This document shows positions 22,807-33,761 of a DNA stretch of 64,000 nt, one piece after another. Numbering within the stretch: the first letter of the stretch is position 1; every line of letters begins with the position of its first letter. Both the position numbers and the translations under genes were made by a program. Source of the DNA: Eledone cirrhosa (lineage: Eukaryota). The stretch spans positions 9,672,001 to 9,736,000 of the forward strand of contig OZ024763.1 in NCBI GenBank assembly GCA_964016885.1. Direction: 5' to 3'. A model generated the notes under the pieces. The model had not been told where the DNA came from and made no database searches. It saw only the letters and a list, made by a program, of their open reading frames with translations.

Positions 22807-22813
<7 letters not shown>
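22610..22813 (+). mobile_element. Family C repeat (PLE pseudo-LTR-like)
   Basis: Three copies in the window (14030, 22610, 33532), all flanked by TA repeats. Confidence 0.75.
22641..22676 (+). ncRNA. 36-nt minimal hammerhead motif, U3-A8 core variant
   Basis: CTT-TTGAAAA(22644-50)-GCAG aagaa CTGC-GAAA(22664-67)-CCGG-TA-AAG, followed by AATAAA. Confidence 0.75.
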
Positions 22814-22846
<33 letters not shown>

Positions 22847-23129
22847 TTATATAATTTGTTTTTATATTTTATTTTTTGTTCTTTGTTTCCAATAATACAT
22901 CTGCTCCTTACAAGCAGGTGTTGCCCTGCTGCTACAGAAAATGGAATATATTATGTAGAATATATATAGTGTATAGTGTATATATATTATATGTGTCATA
23001 TTATGTGATGTTGCATAGCATCGCATCTGGTGTGTGCCGTCAGAGGTTTGTTACTACTGGACAGGAAAGTTTGTTCTAATTCTTCATAATAATGAGATGA
23101 CTTCTTGCAATAAAAAGGTAAGTAAATAT

Positions 23130-23348
23130 AAGACATACATATGTACATAATATATATGTACATACATACATACATACATATATATGTACATATGTACATA
23201 CATGTATAAAGACATACATACATATATAAATATATACGTATATATACATATATACATACATATGTACGTACATACATAGATATATACATACATATATGAA
23301 TACATACATATGTACAAACATACATACATACACACATACATACATACA
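23130..23348. repeat. (TACA/TA)n microsatellite
   Basis: Directly visible. Confidence 0.9.
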
Positions 23349-23565
23349 AGGAGAATATCTATGCAGAACTAATGAGAAATCTGCAGATACACCACCCTGA
23401 TTATACCTTCAGATTTATGCCTGTGATTATTGGGGCACTGGAAATCTTGAGAAGTTGGGCTTCACAGAAACAGAAAGAATACAACTAGTTAGGAAATTAC
23501 AATTATAATCCATTAATGAAACAGTAAAAATATGTAAAACATTCCAAAAATTCTGCATGTAATAA
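23349..23565 (+). pseudogene. R4/Dong-like LINE C-terminal (RLE) fragment
   Basis: ENIYAELMRNLQIHHPDYTFRFMPVIIGALG-like motif typical of restriction-like endonuclease C-termini. Confidence 0.6.
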
Positions 23566-23815
23566 CTGCATCCTAAACGGACGGTAGTCCGTTTAGTAAT
23601 ATTGTTGTGGTCGTGTTTTCGTTGGCATATACACATGTACAGATACAAAACATAAGCACATGTACACTTAAAACATCCACATGCACACATACAATAACAT
23701 CCATACCTGCACACATGTAGACACACATGCATATCTACCTTGTTGATGTCTAAATTCCAATGAAAGAATCTTGTGCCTATATTAGAAACTGACTCTCCCT
23801 ATTGGTAAACACTTA

Positions 23816-24690
23816 TCTATATATATAAAACTGAGGATGTCTGTCTGTGTGTGAGTTTGAATCCCTAAAACTAGAGAAGCACCCAACCGACTGTTTTCAA
23901 ACTTTACACATATAATACTTGTTTCTGGGAGTGTTCTGAGCCAAAAGAATTTCAAATTTTCAATGCCCTAGGGACCGCATTATGCGATTTAGCGATCTCT
24001 CTCTATAATTCTTAGTCTTTCTCTTTTTAGATTGATACATACATATAACGTCGCGCTCTTATAGTATGTCTGACAGTCTGCATTACGTCACTTCCCTGAG
24101 GATGTCTGTGTGTGTGTGAGTTTGAATCCCTAAAACTCGAGAGGTACCCAACCGATTTTTTCCAAACTTTACATGTGTATTATATTTCAGGGAGTGTTAT
24201 GCATATAAAAAATTCAACTCTTTGATCCCCTAGGGCCCGCATTAGTTGAAAAACTGCGTTTTTTCAGGTTTTTAGGGGTTATTTGAGGCGTTACGTCAGA
24301 CCGATTTCCTTGAAATTGTAACTATGTATTAGTCTCTTCTTCATACCATGAGCAAAGAAAATCCAACTTTTTTATGGCCTAGGGCCCGCATTAGGTGAAA
24401 AACTTCATTTTTTTTTAGCCTTTTAGAGGTTTTTTGAGACGTTACGTCTAGCCGCTTTTCCCGAAATTTCAAGGCATATTATGCACATAAAAAAAATTCA
24501 TTTTCTTGATCCTCTAGAGCCCGCATTAGGTGAAAACCTGCATTTTTCCTGCTTCATCGAGGAAAATCTTAAAGATTAGAGTATTCGGTTTATTTTCTTT
24601 ACATATTGTCCAGGCATGCAGTTTTTCCACGTTCCAAAATACCTTTGGGTGTAGATTATCATGACACCAGCACTACCAATGTTTTAATAA
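23816..24690 (+). mobile_element. Non-autonomous Helitron-like element with internal ~135-150-bp repeats
   Basis: Starts A|TCTATATATATAAAACTGAGGATGTCTGTCTGTGTGT...CAACCGA...AAACTTTACA. The 5' block is duplicated at ~24096. CCTAGGG(A/C)CCGCATT-like repeats at ~23968, 24229, 24379 and 24513. No clear 3' CTAG/hairpin. Confidence 0.6.
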
Positions 24691-24701
24691 TTAAAGGTGC
24701 A

Positions 24702-24742
<41 letters not shown>

Positions 24743-24746
<4 letters not shown>

Positions 24747-25440
24747 CTATAAGATCAAAAGATGGTTAAAAAAAATTGAAGGGGGGGGGGGATGAAAAAG
24801 AGGAGGAGATGAGAGTAAAGAATGGAGGGGGAGGAGTATAATAAGGAAGGATGAGGTAGGAGGAGAGATGGGTGATAGAGATAGAGAGATAGCTTTTATA
24901 ACAGAAAAATATATTGTTTTACAGAGAGAGGTTAAAAAACCGTTGGAAGATAATATATAAATTAAAAGAATTTGAAAATTAACGAAGAGAAAAATTTAAG
25001 AATAATGTTAAATTAAGGTTTGTATCACCCATCTCTCCTCCTATCTCATCCTTCCTTATTATACTCCTCCCCCTCCATTCTTTACTCTCATCTCCTCCTC
25101 TTTTTCATCCTTTCCAACCTCCCCCCCCCTCCCTCAATTTTTTTCACAATATCATACATCAATCTAAAACTACTTTTCAGATGTTGATTTAAAACTGCAC
25201 TATTCAACAGTGTTTTTTAACCTTCATATCATGTCTCCCTATTTTATCTGACGAAAACGGAAATGTCATCGTATGATGATATTTATTTTTGAAATGCGCA
25301 TAATAAAATACATGGAACTCTTTTAACCATCTTTTGATCTTATATATTATTTATACTCCAGTCCTACAAACTGTAGAGTGCTACTTATCCGATATCTGCA
25401 TTGCTTTATCGTACTACAATAAAACTCACCTCCTACATAT
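24743..25440 (+). mobile_element. PLE-type insertion: inverted tail, inverted segment, forward pseudo-LTR
   Basis: 24743-24771 = rc of 25321-25349. 24771-24877 = rc of ~25023-25143. Hammerhead at 25240-25310. Confidence 0.75.
25240..25310 (+). ncRNA. Minimal type I hammerhead ribozyme motif (family A-related), best preserved
   Basis: TATTTTAT-CTGACGA(25248-54)-aaacgg AAATGTCATC gtat GATGATATTT attttt-GAAA(25291-94)-TGCGCA-TA-ATAAAATA. Confidence 0.85.
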
Positions 25441-25629
25441 ATATATAACAAACAAATAGTTTATATATTTATATTTAGGGGTTTTCAAGTCCTATGGTTA
25501 AACTTTTACTGTTTCAATATCTATACTGATCTTAACTAGTATTATCTTATCTATATATATGTATAAGTAAAATTCAATAAACCCCACCATAAAGCATACT
25601 TTGTAGAGATACTTTTACAAAGATGTGTA

Positions 25630-25745
25630 GAATACACTTAGTTTTAAGATCACTGGAAAATTGCATTAATTTCCATGAATGAAAATTTATCGTTTTCATT
25701 CATGGAAATTACGGAAGTGTCTGGTTATTTTAAAACTAAACATTA
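25630..25745. repeat. Small palindromic MITE-like element
   Basis: AATTTCCATGAATGAAAA tttatcg TTTTCATTCATGGAAATT core; outer arms TAGTTTTAAGAT/ATTTTAAAACTA. Confidence 0.55.
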
Positions 25746-27234
25746 TCTATACCTGTGTGTGAGAGAGAGAGAGAGAGAGGGGGAGGGGGGGTAAATAAAA
25801 GCCATATCCAGCTGCTGATTTTATAAGGTTTTGTTGCTGTTGCTCTGATATGTTATATAAACCAACCTCATGTTTTCCTTTATTCATTTTTGTCAACACA
25901 GCTGTTTTTATAGTATTCCACTCTCAGCTATTCATCATGTTTTCAAAATAAAGCTCTGCTGCTATCTATTGTTACACTACCAGGTTGTATCTCATAGGAA
26001 GTTTCTTAGGGGATCTAGTCCTATCATATTGTTACAGCTTACACTTGTTTTATGTTTAGCTGACCTCCTACCAGGTTGTATCAAGGAAGTTTCTAGGGTG
26101 TTTTAATGATTGGGGCTCCAGAGAATGAGAGGGAAACAGACAAATAGATAGATACATAGTAAAAGAAAGAGAGAGACAGATTGATTGGGAGACAGATAAA
26201 TAGATAGAAAGAGAGACAGATAGGCAGAGAGATAGATATGTGATAAATCGATCTCTGAATATAAAGGTTCAAAGACACAAAGTACCACCAGGAATTGAAC
26301 CCATGACTTTATGATCATGAGCTGAACACTCTAGCCACTAAGCCACATTCCTTCACAACTGTTTCTCTACATATTCAGGGTAGCAGAACTCAGCAAGAAT
26401 TTATTATACAGCAAGTTGTTGTTAACTCTTAAAGAAATAAACAAAACAAACAAAGAGAAAGGCAAAAAAGAATGAAAGACCCACCTAATAGAACAACAAC
26501 AACAAAAAAACGGAAAGAAAGATAAATAACAACAACAAAATCCCCACAGATGTTGTCCAATAACAGTAGTTGTGGCTAGGATGCGTTAAACATGTTACAT
26601 AATCAATTGTGGATTGATTGGTGGAGAAATTATAGGTCAACCTTCCTTCATGTTCTTAGTACAATATCACTCCATTTCCCTCAGTTACATTTTAATGTAA
26701 CATGCTAATGTTTTCTTTTGGTATATATATAAACAGGGCCCAATTTTGACTTTGGAGGCCCGGGGCACTTCATACACAAAAAATCATAATACACACAAAA
26801 CCCCCAATTTTACATATCAAAGTCGGCTGGTGCAAGTAATTGGAATAAGTTATACATACAGGTATTAAATTCAAAAATCTAACCATCCACATTTTACTTC
26901 CACTTTCCACGCTGGCATGTGTTGGACAAGTTGTCTGAGACCAGATATATTGGTGCGACTTCATATTGTCAGTTACTCATAATGGTAGATACTATACAAA
27001 CCAGCTCCAACCAGTCCACCTGACATCATCATAAACAACCCTCATGCACAGCGATCACTGATGTCCAACACAGATATTGTTATCTACTCACAACTTGAAA
27101 GACAAACACCATGTATATGGGGATGAGACATTAGCTCAAAATCCAACATAATTATGTCAATCGATGTTTTCAGCTGTCCACCTCACATCATCATGAGGTC
27201 ACGCATACACAGCAATCTCAGACGTCTGATGCAA

Positions 27235-27420
27235 ATATTTGTTTCTACTTTAGGCACAAGGCCAGCAAATGCCCAGTTCATTACTGGTACTTTATTTTAT
27301 CGACCCCGTAAGGATGAAAGGCAAAGTCAACCTCGGCGGGATTTGAACTCAGATCGTAAAGGGACGTAACTATGCTGGAAAGCATGGCGTCCGACCCTCT
27401 ACCGATACTGCCAATCCACG
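27235..27420 (-). mobile_element. Meta-domain-type SINE (family 2)
   Basis: Reverse complement of the 38490-38686 family. Confidence 0.75.
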
Positions 27421-27429
27421 TCTGATGCA

Positions 27430-27578
27430 AATATTGTCAACCAGTCAGCATTACAACAGATATTGTCAACCAGTCAGGATTACAACAGATATTGTCAACC
27501 AGTCAGGATTACAACAGATATTGTCAACCAGTCAGGATTACAACAGATATTGTCAACCAATCAGGATTACAACAGTCA
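27430..27578. repeat. 29-bp minisatellite, ~5 copies
   Basis: GATATTGTCAACCAGTCAGGATTACAACA in tandem. Confidence 0.9.
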
Positions 27579-28339
27579 ACACCATAAATGTGAGGATCAG
27601 GTGCTAGCTTGAAATCTGTCATGATCATGGCAATCCATGCTTTCAGCTGTCCAATTCACATTGTCATGAGCAGATTCCATCCATATACAGCAGACATCAT
27701 GCCAGCTTGAACCACTGCATCACAAAACAGAGGCCATCCATCATTATATTGTATTAAGAAGGGTTAAGTTTATATCCTTTTGACCATTTCAAAGATGCCC
27801 TCAACGCCATGATTCTATTAGGAGTTACAGGCCCATGGATGGTTGAGTAAGCATCATCATCATCTTGGCATACATTGGTTGCAGGAATTACTATGACTCT
27901 TTTGCCATCTGTTATAGATGTCCATTGCTTGTGGCAGGTTCTCCATATTTCACACAGCATTCTCACATAGCTGTTTAGCTACATTGGAATGCCGATATTT
28001 TTCATGTCCATAACAACACATCGCTGACAATTTCTTCCTCAGCTCTCCAGCAGTGACCCTCAAATTTGGTTCATCTCTAATGGATGGGGTACGAGATTTG
28101 CATAAAACTGGTTATTTTGTACTAAGAATGGTTACTTTTTAGACTATTTTAACCATTGAAAACATGGGTGTGTTTAAATAAACACCTGATACATGTTGTC
28201 TTTTTTGTTATGAGCATAATTTGATATCTTATTTTCTATTAAAAACAGGGTGTGGTATGTAATAGTGCAACTAATCCATAAACATGACAAAAGTTCAATT
28301 TATTCAATTTAATAAAATTTCCAAAATACCAACAACGCC

Positions 28340-29770
28340 ACCACCATCTAGGTTAACTCGGTCCTTAACAAGCTGTGCTATAACTCTTTCAGAGATCTTC
28401 ATGACTTGGTCAACCAACTTGATGCCTTTGTAGTTTTCTCTGTCTAATGTATCTTCTTTACCTTTGAAGCAGTTGATGCTTCTGCTATACCAGTCATTGG
28501 GTATGACACCATTTTGTATTACTTGGTTTATGACATAGATGGTTATTGTGTGACCTACCATCCTAGATGCTTTCAGCCTCTCAGCAACTATCCCTGAAGG
28601 TCCAGCTAATTTGCATATCCTTAATTACCTTACTATGCTGCTGCTGACTTTCATGCCTCGACTCTCTGTTGGGTCCATTTCGTGTAGGCTATCTTCTTCC
28701 TATGCATTCTCCTCATTCAGTAAGCTTTCATAATGGTACTTCCATGCTACTTCTTTTGAGTGTCAGTGTGGGAAAGTGTGCCATTATAATCCTAGACACA
28801 CTTCTCACCAACATCACAATTTTCCCTGACTCATCATCATCATCATTTTACGCCGCTTTTCCCTGCTTGCAAGGGTGGGACGGGTCCTATTTAGCACAGC
28901 ATCTCTCCACTTGTCACGGTACTTTGTCATCTCCTCCGTGAGCTTCAGTGATCTGAGGTCTGCTCTCACCACCTCCACCCATGTTTTTCGTGGTCTTCCT
29001 CTACTCTGTCTTCCTTCTACTGGCATTTCTTGGCACTTCTTTACCCAGCAGTCATCCTCCATGTGCATCACATGTCCCATACCATCACAGTCTTCTCTCT
29101 TACACACCACAACTAATCCCTCTTAAACACAGTTTCTCTCTCAACACATCCATGCTTGCTCATCCACGTACATTGACATTATACATCCAAGGGAACATGC
29201 TTGCCTCATTTCTCTCCAGCCGTCGCACATCCTCTGCAGTTGCTGTCGATGTCTCACTACCATGCAGCATTGCGCATCTCACACAGGCATCATATAACCG
29301 GCCTTTCGTATGCAGGGAGAAACCCTTCTTTGTCAGCAGAGGAAGCAGCACCCTAAACTTCTTCCAGCCCATCCTTATTCTAGATACAATAGCCTCAGAA
29401 CACTCCCTTGCTAATCTGATCACCTAGGTACCGGAAGCTATCAACCACTTCTATAGAACCTACCTGCATTTGAAAAATGTGCCTACCAATGAGACTTCTA
29501 CTATCAAATTTCCCTGTACATCTACTGCATACGTAGTTTTCCCTACCTTGTAGCAATTTAAGAGAATACTGCTGCACCAGTCCTTGGGTATGACTCCATC
29601 TTATATAGCTTGATTGATGATGCATGCAACCAGTTTCGTACCTACTTCTCCTGATGCCTTCAGCATCTCAGCAACTATCTCCGACGGTCCAGCTGCCTTA
29701 CCACTTTTCATTTCCTTAATTGCCTCTTTGACCCTATATTCGTCAATCTCAATAGCTGGTCCCTCTGTTA
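28340..29770 (-). pseudogene. Nested RTE LINE fragments (28340-28828; 28830-29770 with internal deletion)
   Basis: IPNDWYS..KGKEDTLDRENYKGIKL; 3' tail (CAT)n at 28831; MLHGSET; KSGKAAGP. Confidence 0.85.
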
Positions 29771-29847
29771 AATGGAAAGTGGACATAACAAATGAAAGCT
29801 AATCATCATCAAAATCTATAAAAGATCCATCAGTATGTGTGTTGATA

Positions 29848-29950
29848 TGTAACAGTAGTGTCATTTCCTGTGTATGTAACAGTAGTGTTGTTTCCTGTGT
29901 AACAGTAGTGTTGTTTCCTGTGTATGTAACAGCAGTGTTGTTTCTTGTGT
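29848..29950. repeat. Left remnant (~4 units) of the 23/27-bp minisatellite
   Basis: GTAACAGTAGTGTTGTTTCCTGT(GTAT), the same unit as 31270-32517. Confidence 0.9.
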
Positions 29951-31263
29951 AGAATCTATAGCTGAACTAGAGGTGAAATTCCAAACCTGGAAGCAAGGCC
30001 TAGAATCAAAAGGTCTTAAATTTAACCAGGTAAAAACTAATGTCCTAGTAAGTAATAGGGATAACGGCACAGATCACCTCTGGGAAATGGCCCTGCTCAG
30101 TGTGCAGAAAAGGAATAGGTAGAAATTCCATTCTATGTACTAAATGCAAACAATGGGTACACAAGAGATGTAGTGGGATCTCAGGCAGGCTAACAAAGAT
30201 TGTAAGTTTTACTTGTGGCAGGTGCACAAGGGCAGTAAGTAGCAAGATCCCTCAGGACCACCTTCAAATGCTCAGATGGCTTGGTTGACGTGGTAGATAG
30301 TTTCCATTACCTGGGTGACCAAATCAGTAGTGGGGGAGGGTGTTCCGAAAGCACAATAACCAGAGAGAGGTCGGGTTGGAGAAAATTCTGGGAGCTTCTA
30401 CTGTTACTAACTACAAAAGGTTTTTCTCTCAAAATGAAAGGCAGACTGTATGATGCATGCATATGAACAACAATGTTGCATGGCAGTGAGACCTGGGTAC
30501 TGTGTGCTGAGGGCCTGCGAAGATTGGAAAGAAATAAAGCCTCCATGCTTCACTGGATGTGCAATAGCAATATACGTGAACAGCAAAGTATAAATATACT
30601 GCAGGAGAAATTAGGCATAAGAGGGATCAGTTGTTACATGTCGGAGAGGAGATTGCATTGGTATGGACATGTGATGCGTATGAAGGATGACAGCTGTATG
30701 ATAAGGTGGAGAGAACTCAAAGTCAATGGTAACCGTGGTGTGGGCAGGCCTAAGATGTGGGATGAAGTAATAAAAGCTGACCTTGTACAATTACACCTCA
30801 CTAAGGCAATGACTCAGGACCATGACCTCTGGCACTATGCAGTTTTATGGAACACCTGCCCTCTATTGTTCTCGGGATGAGGTTTATACCTAGTAGGCAA
30901 CACCTTCCTCAACCTTCTATCTCCTCTCATCCACTTCCCTTAGAGGTAACCATACCTCCCCTACAACCCTGACCATATCTTTCTTCCCCCCTCCCTAGTC
31001 CTCACTATGTTGTGTTGGTGACACAACAAAGGTGTCCAGTCTACACTGTAAAGTGGTCGTGTAGGTGTCACGACAAAAAGCACCCAGCACACACTGTAAA
31101 TGTGGTTGGCATCAGGAAGGGCAGCCAGCCATAGAAAATAAGTCAGAAACTCCTATATGAGCGAGACGTGGTCACCCGACCCAACTTGCCTCTAAATGGG
31201 ACAAACCCATCTAACCCATGCTAGCGTGGAAGATAGACGTTAATCGATGATGATGATGATGAT
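29951..31263 (+). pseudogene. RTE LINE (long-3'UTR subfamily) inserted into the minisatellite
   Basis: KWPCSVCRKGIG, YLGDQI, MLHGSETW, RLHWYGHV. The 3' UTR carries the module and ends CCATGCTAGCGTGG...GACGTTAATC(GAT)n. Confidence 0.9.
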
Positions 31264-31269
31264 GTACAT

Positions 31270-32517
31270 ATGTAACAGCAGTGTTGTTTCCTGTGTAACA
31301 GTAGTGTTGTTTCCTGTGTATGTAACAGTAGCATTGTTTCCTGTGTATGTAACAGTAGCATTGTTTCCTGTGTATGTAACAGTAGTGTTGTTTCCTGTGT
31401 AACAGTAGTGTTGTTTCCTGTGTATGTAACAGTAGCATTGTTTCCTGTGTATGTAACAGTAGTGTTGTTTCCGGTGTATGTAACAGTAGTGTTGTTTCCT
31501 GTGTATGTAACAGTAGTGTTGTTTCCTGTGTATGTAACAGTAGCATTGTTTCCTGTGTAACAGTAGTGTTGTTTCCTGTGTATGTAACAGTAGTGCCGTT
31601 TCCTGTGTAACAGTATTGTTGTTTCCTGTGTATGTAACAGCAGTGTTGTTTCCGGTGTAACAGTAGTGTTGTTTCCTGTGTATGTAACAGTAGCATTGTT
31701 TCCTGTGTAACAGTAGTGTTGTTTCCTGTGTATGTAACAGTAGTGCCGTTTCCTGTGTAACAGTAGTGTTGTTTCCTGTGTATGTAACAGTAGTGTTGTT
31801 TCCTGTGTATGTAACAGTAGTGTTGTTTCCTGTGTATGTAACAGTAGCATTGTTTCCTGTGTAACAGTAGTGTTGTTTCCTGTGTATGTAACAGTAGTGT
31901 TGTTTCCTGTGTAACAGTATTGTTGTTTCCTGTGTATGTAACAGTATTGTTGTTTCCTGTGTATGTAACAGCAGTGTTGTTTCCGGTGTAACAGTAGTGT
32001 TGTTTCCTGTGTATGTAACAGTAGTGTTGTTTCCTGTGTATGTAACAGTAGTGTCGTTTCCTGTGTAACAATAGTGTTGTTTCCTGTGTAACAGTAGTGC
32101 CGTTTCCTGTGTATGTAACAGTAGTATTGTTTCCTGTGTATGTAACAGTAGTGTTGTTTCCTGTGTATGTAACAGTAGTGTTGTTTCCTGTGTAACAGTA
32201 GTGTTGTTTCCTGTGTAACAGTAGTGTCGTTTCCTGTGTAACAGTAGTGTTGTTTCCTGTGTATGTAACAGTAGTGTTGTTTCCTGTGTAACAGTAGTGT
32301 CGTTTCCTGTGTAACAGTAGTGTTGTTTCCTGTGTATGTAACAGTAGTGTTGTTTCCTGTGTAACAGTAGTATTGTTTCCTGTGTAACAGTAGTATTGTT
32401 TCCTGTGTAACAGTAGTATTGTTTCCTGTGTAACAGCAGTGTTGTTTCCTATGTAACAGCAGTGTTGTTTCCTGTGTAACAGCAGTGTTGTTTCCTGTGT
32501 ATGTAACAGCAGTGTTG
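31270..32517. repeat. Minisatellite of mixed 23- and 27-bp units (~50 units)
   Basis: GTAACAGTAGTGTTGTTTCCTGT with or without GTAT. Produces the artefactual 456-aa ORF. Confidence 0.95.
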
Positions 32518-33303
32518 GAAGGTTTTTAGATAAATATAAACACTTTAATAATTTCATTAGCATATTTTTAATGAAAGGCACTGTCTTTAATTTTTAAATA
32601 TTAAATAATGTTTAAGTTGGTGTTTGGAACATAACTTAACTAAGGTTCTTGCATAGAATTATAATGGATGGTTTTTTAGCTAAATATAAGCACTTTAAAA
32701 CAAACAGATTTGTATTGGCATTTTAGTTGGTTTTGTATAAAAAGGGTGGAGTTGATTATTGAAATTTGGGTAAAACTGATCCTTTAAGGTTCAGTAAAGC
32801 ACCTCAATGAGATCTGTGCCCTTGTCAGCTGCCTAGTTGACCTCAATAGTAGCCATGGTTCCTGCTTATAATCAATCATTACAGCTATTATTAACTGCCA
32901 GATGTTACCCAGCACTCTATAACATACTCCACTGATATTCTGTCATACCTGCATAATCTGCCATTCCTTCCAGCCTGTATATCAGTCATTCTTCCTGGCT
33001 TTACTACACTCAGTCAGAAGAGGTGAGTTGTTTGTTGTTATTGTTGGTATTGGTTGTTGTTGTAGTTGTTTCATCTTAATTAGTACATTTATATTCAATT
33101 TCCATTCATAATTTCGTTTTTTAATATATATATATTTATATATATATATACATAATTACACCTCACACACATATATATATAATGAATTACATGTGTATAT
33201 ATTAACTGTTAATTATATAACAGTTACTACTTTACATCTCTCTCTCACACTCTCCTCTCTCTCATAAATATATACATATATATATCTATATATATAATAT
33301 ATG

Positions 33304-33333
<30 letters not shown>

Positions 33334-33334
<1 letters not shown>

Positions 33335-33484
33335 CATCATCATTTCATTTTACGTCCACTTTTCCCTGCTGATTCTGGCTTGATTTCTACAGCTGGATGC
33401 CCTTCCTAACACCAACCTCATTTACAGTGAGTGCTGGGTGCTTTTTTGCCGTGGCACCTCCACGACCACTTTACAGTGGAATGA
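33334..33484 (-). mobile_element. Family-1 SINE 3' half
   Basis: Matches 20561-20730 with an internal deletion. Confidence 0.8.
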
Positions 33485-33531
33485 TATGTATATATATATA
33501 TATATAATATATGTATATATATGTATATATA

Positions 33532-33720
33532 TAAACCACAAACCCTCCATCTCAATTCTACTTTCACAAGAACTGTGAAACCGGTAAAGGAACCAAATAA
33601 ATATATTTTTAAAAAAAAAGACTCCAGTTGCATTTTCGATTTCATCTTTTTTCTTTATACTTTCACTCGTGTAGGACACCTCAGTTTTTTTCATTTTGTA
33701 AAAAAACCTCACTTTCTAAT
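33532..33720 (+). mobile_element. Family C repeat, hammerhead core partly deleted
   Basis: Matches 22610-22813. Retains GAAACCGGTAAAG but has lost TTGAAAAG. Confidence 0.75.
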
Positions 33721-33723
33721 ACA

Positions 33724-33759
<36 letters not shown>

Positions 33760-33761
<2 letters not shown>

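Noticed and set aside
31211-32581. 456-aa ORF / CRISPR-like array
   Set aside because: Units are contiguous with no unique spacers and no cas genes, and the context is eukaryotic. The ORF is a translation of the minisatellite.
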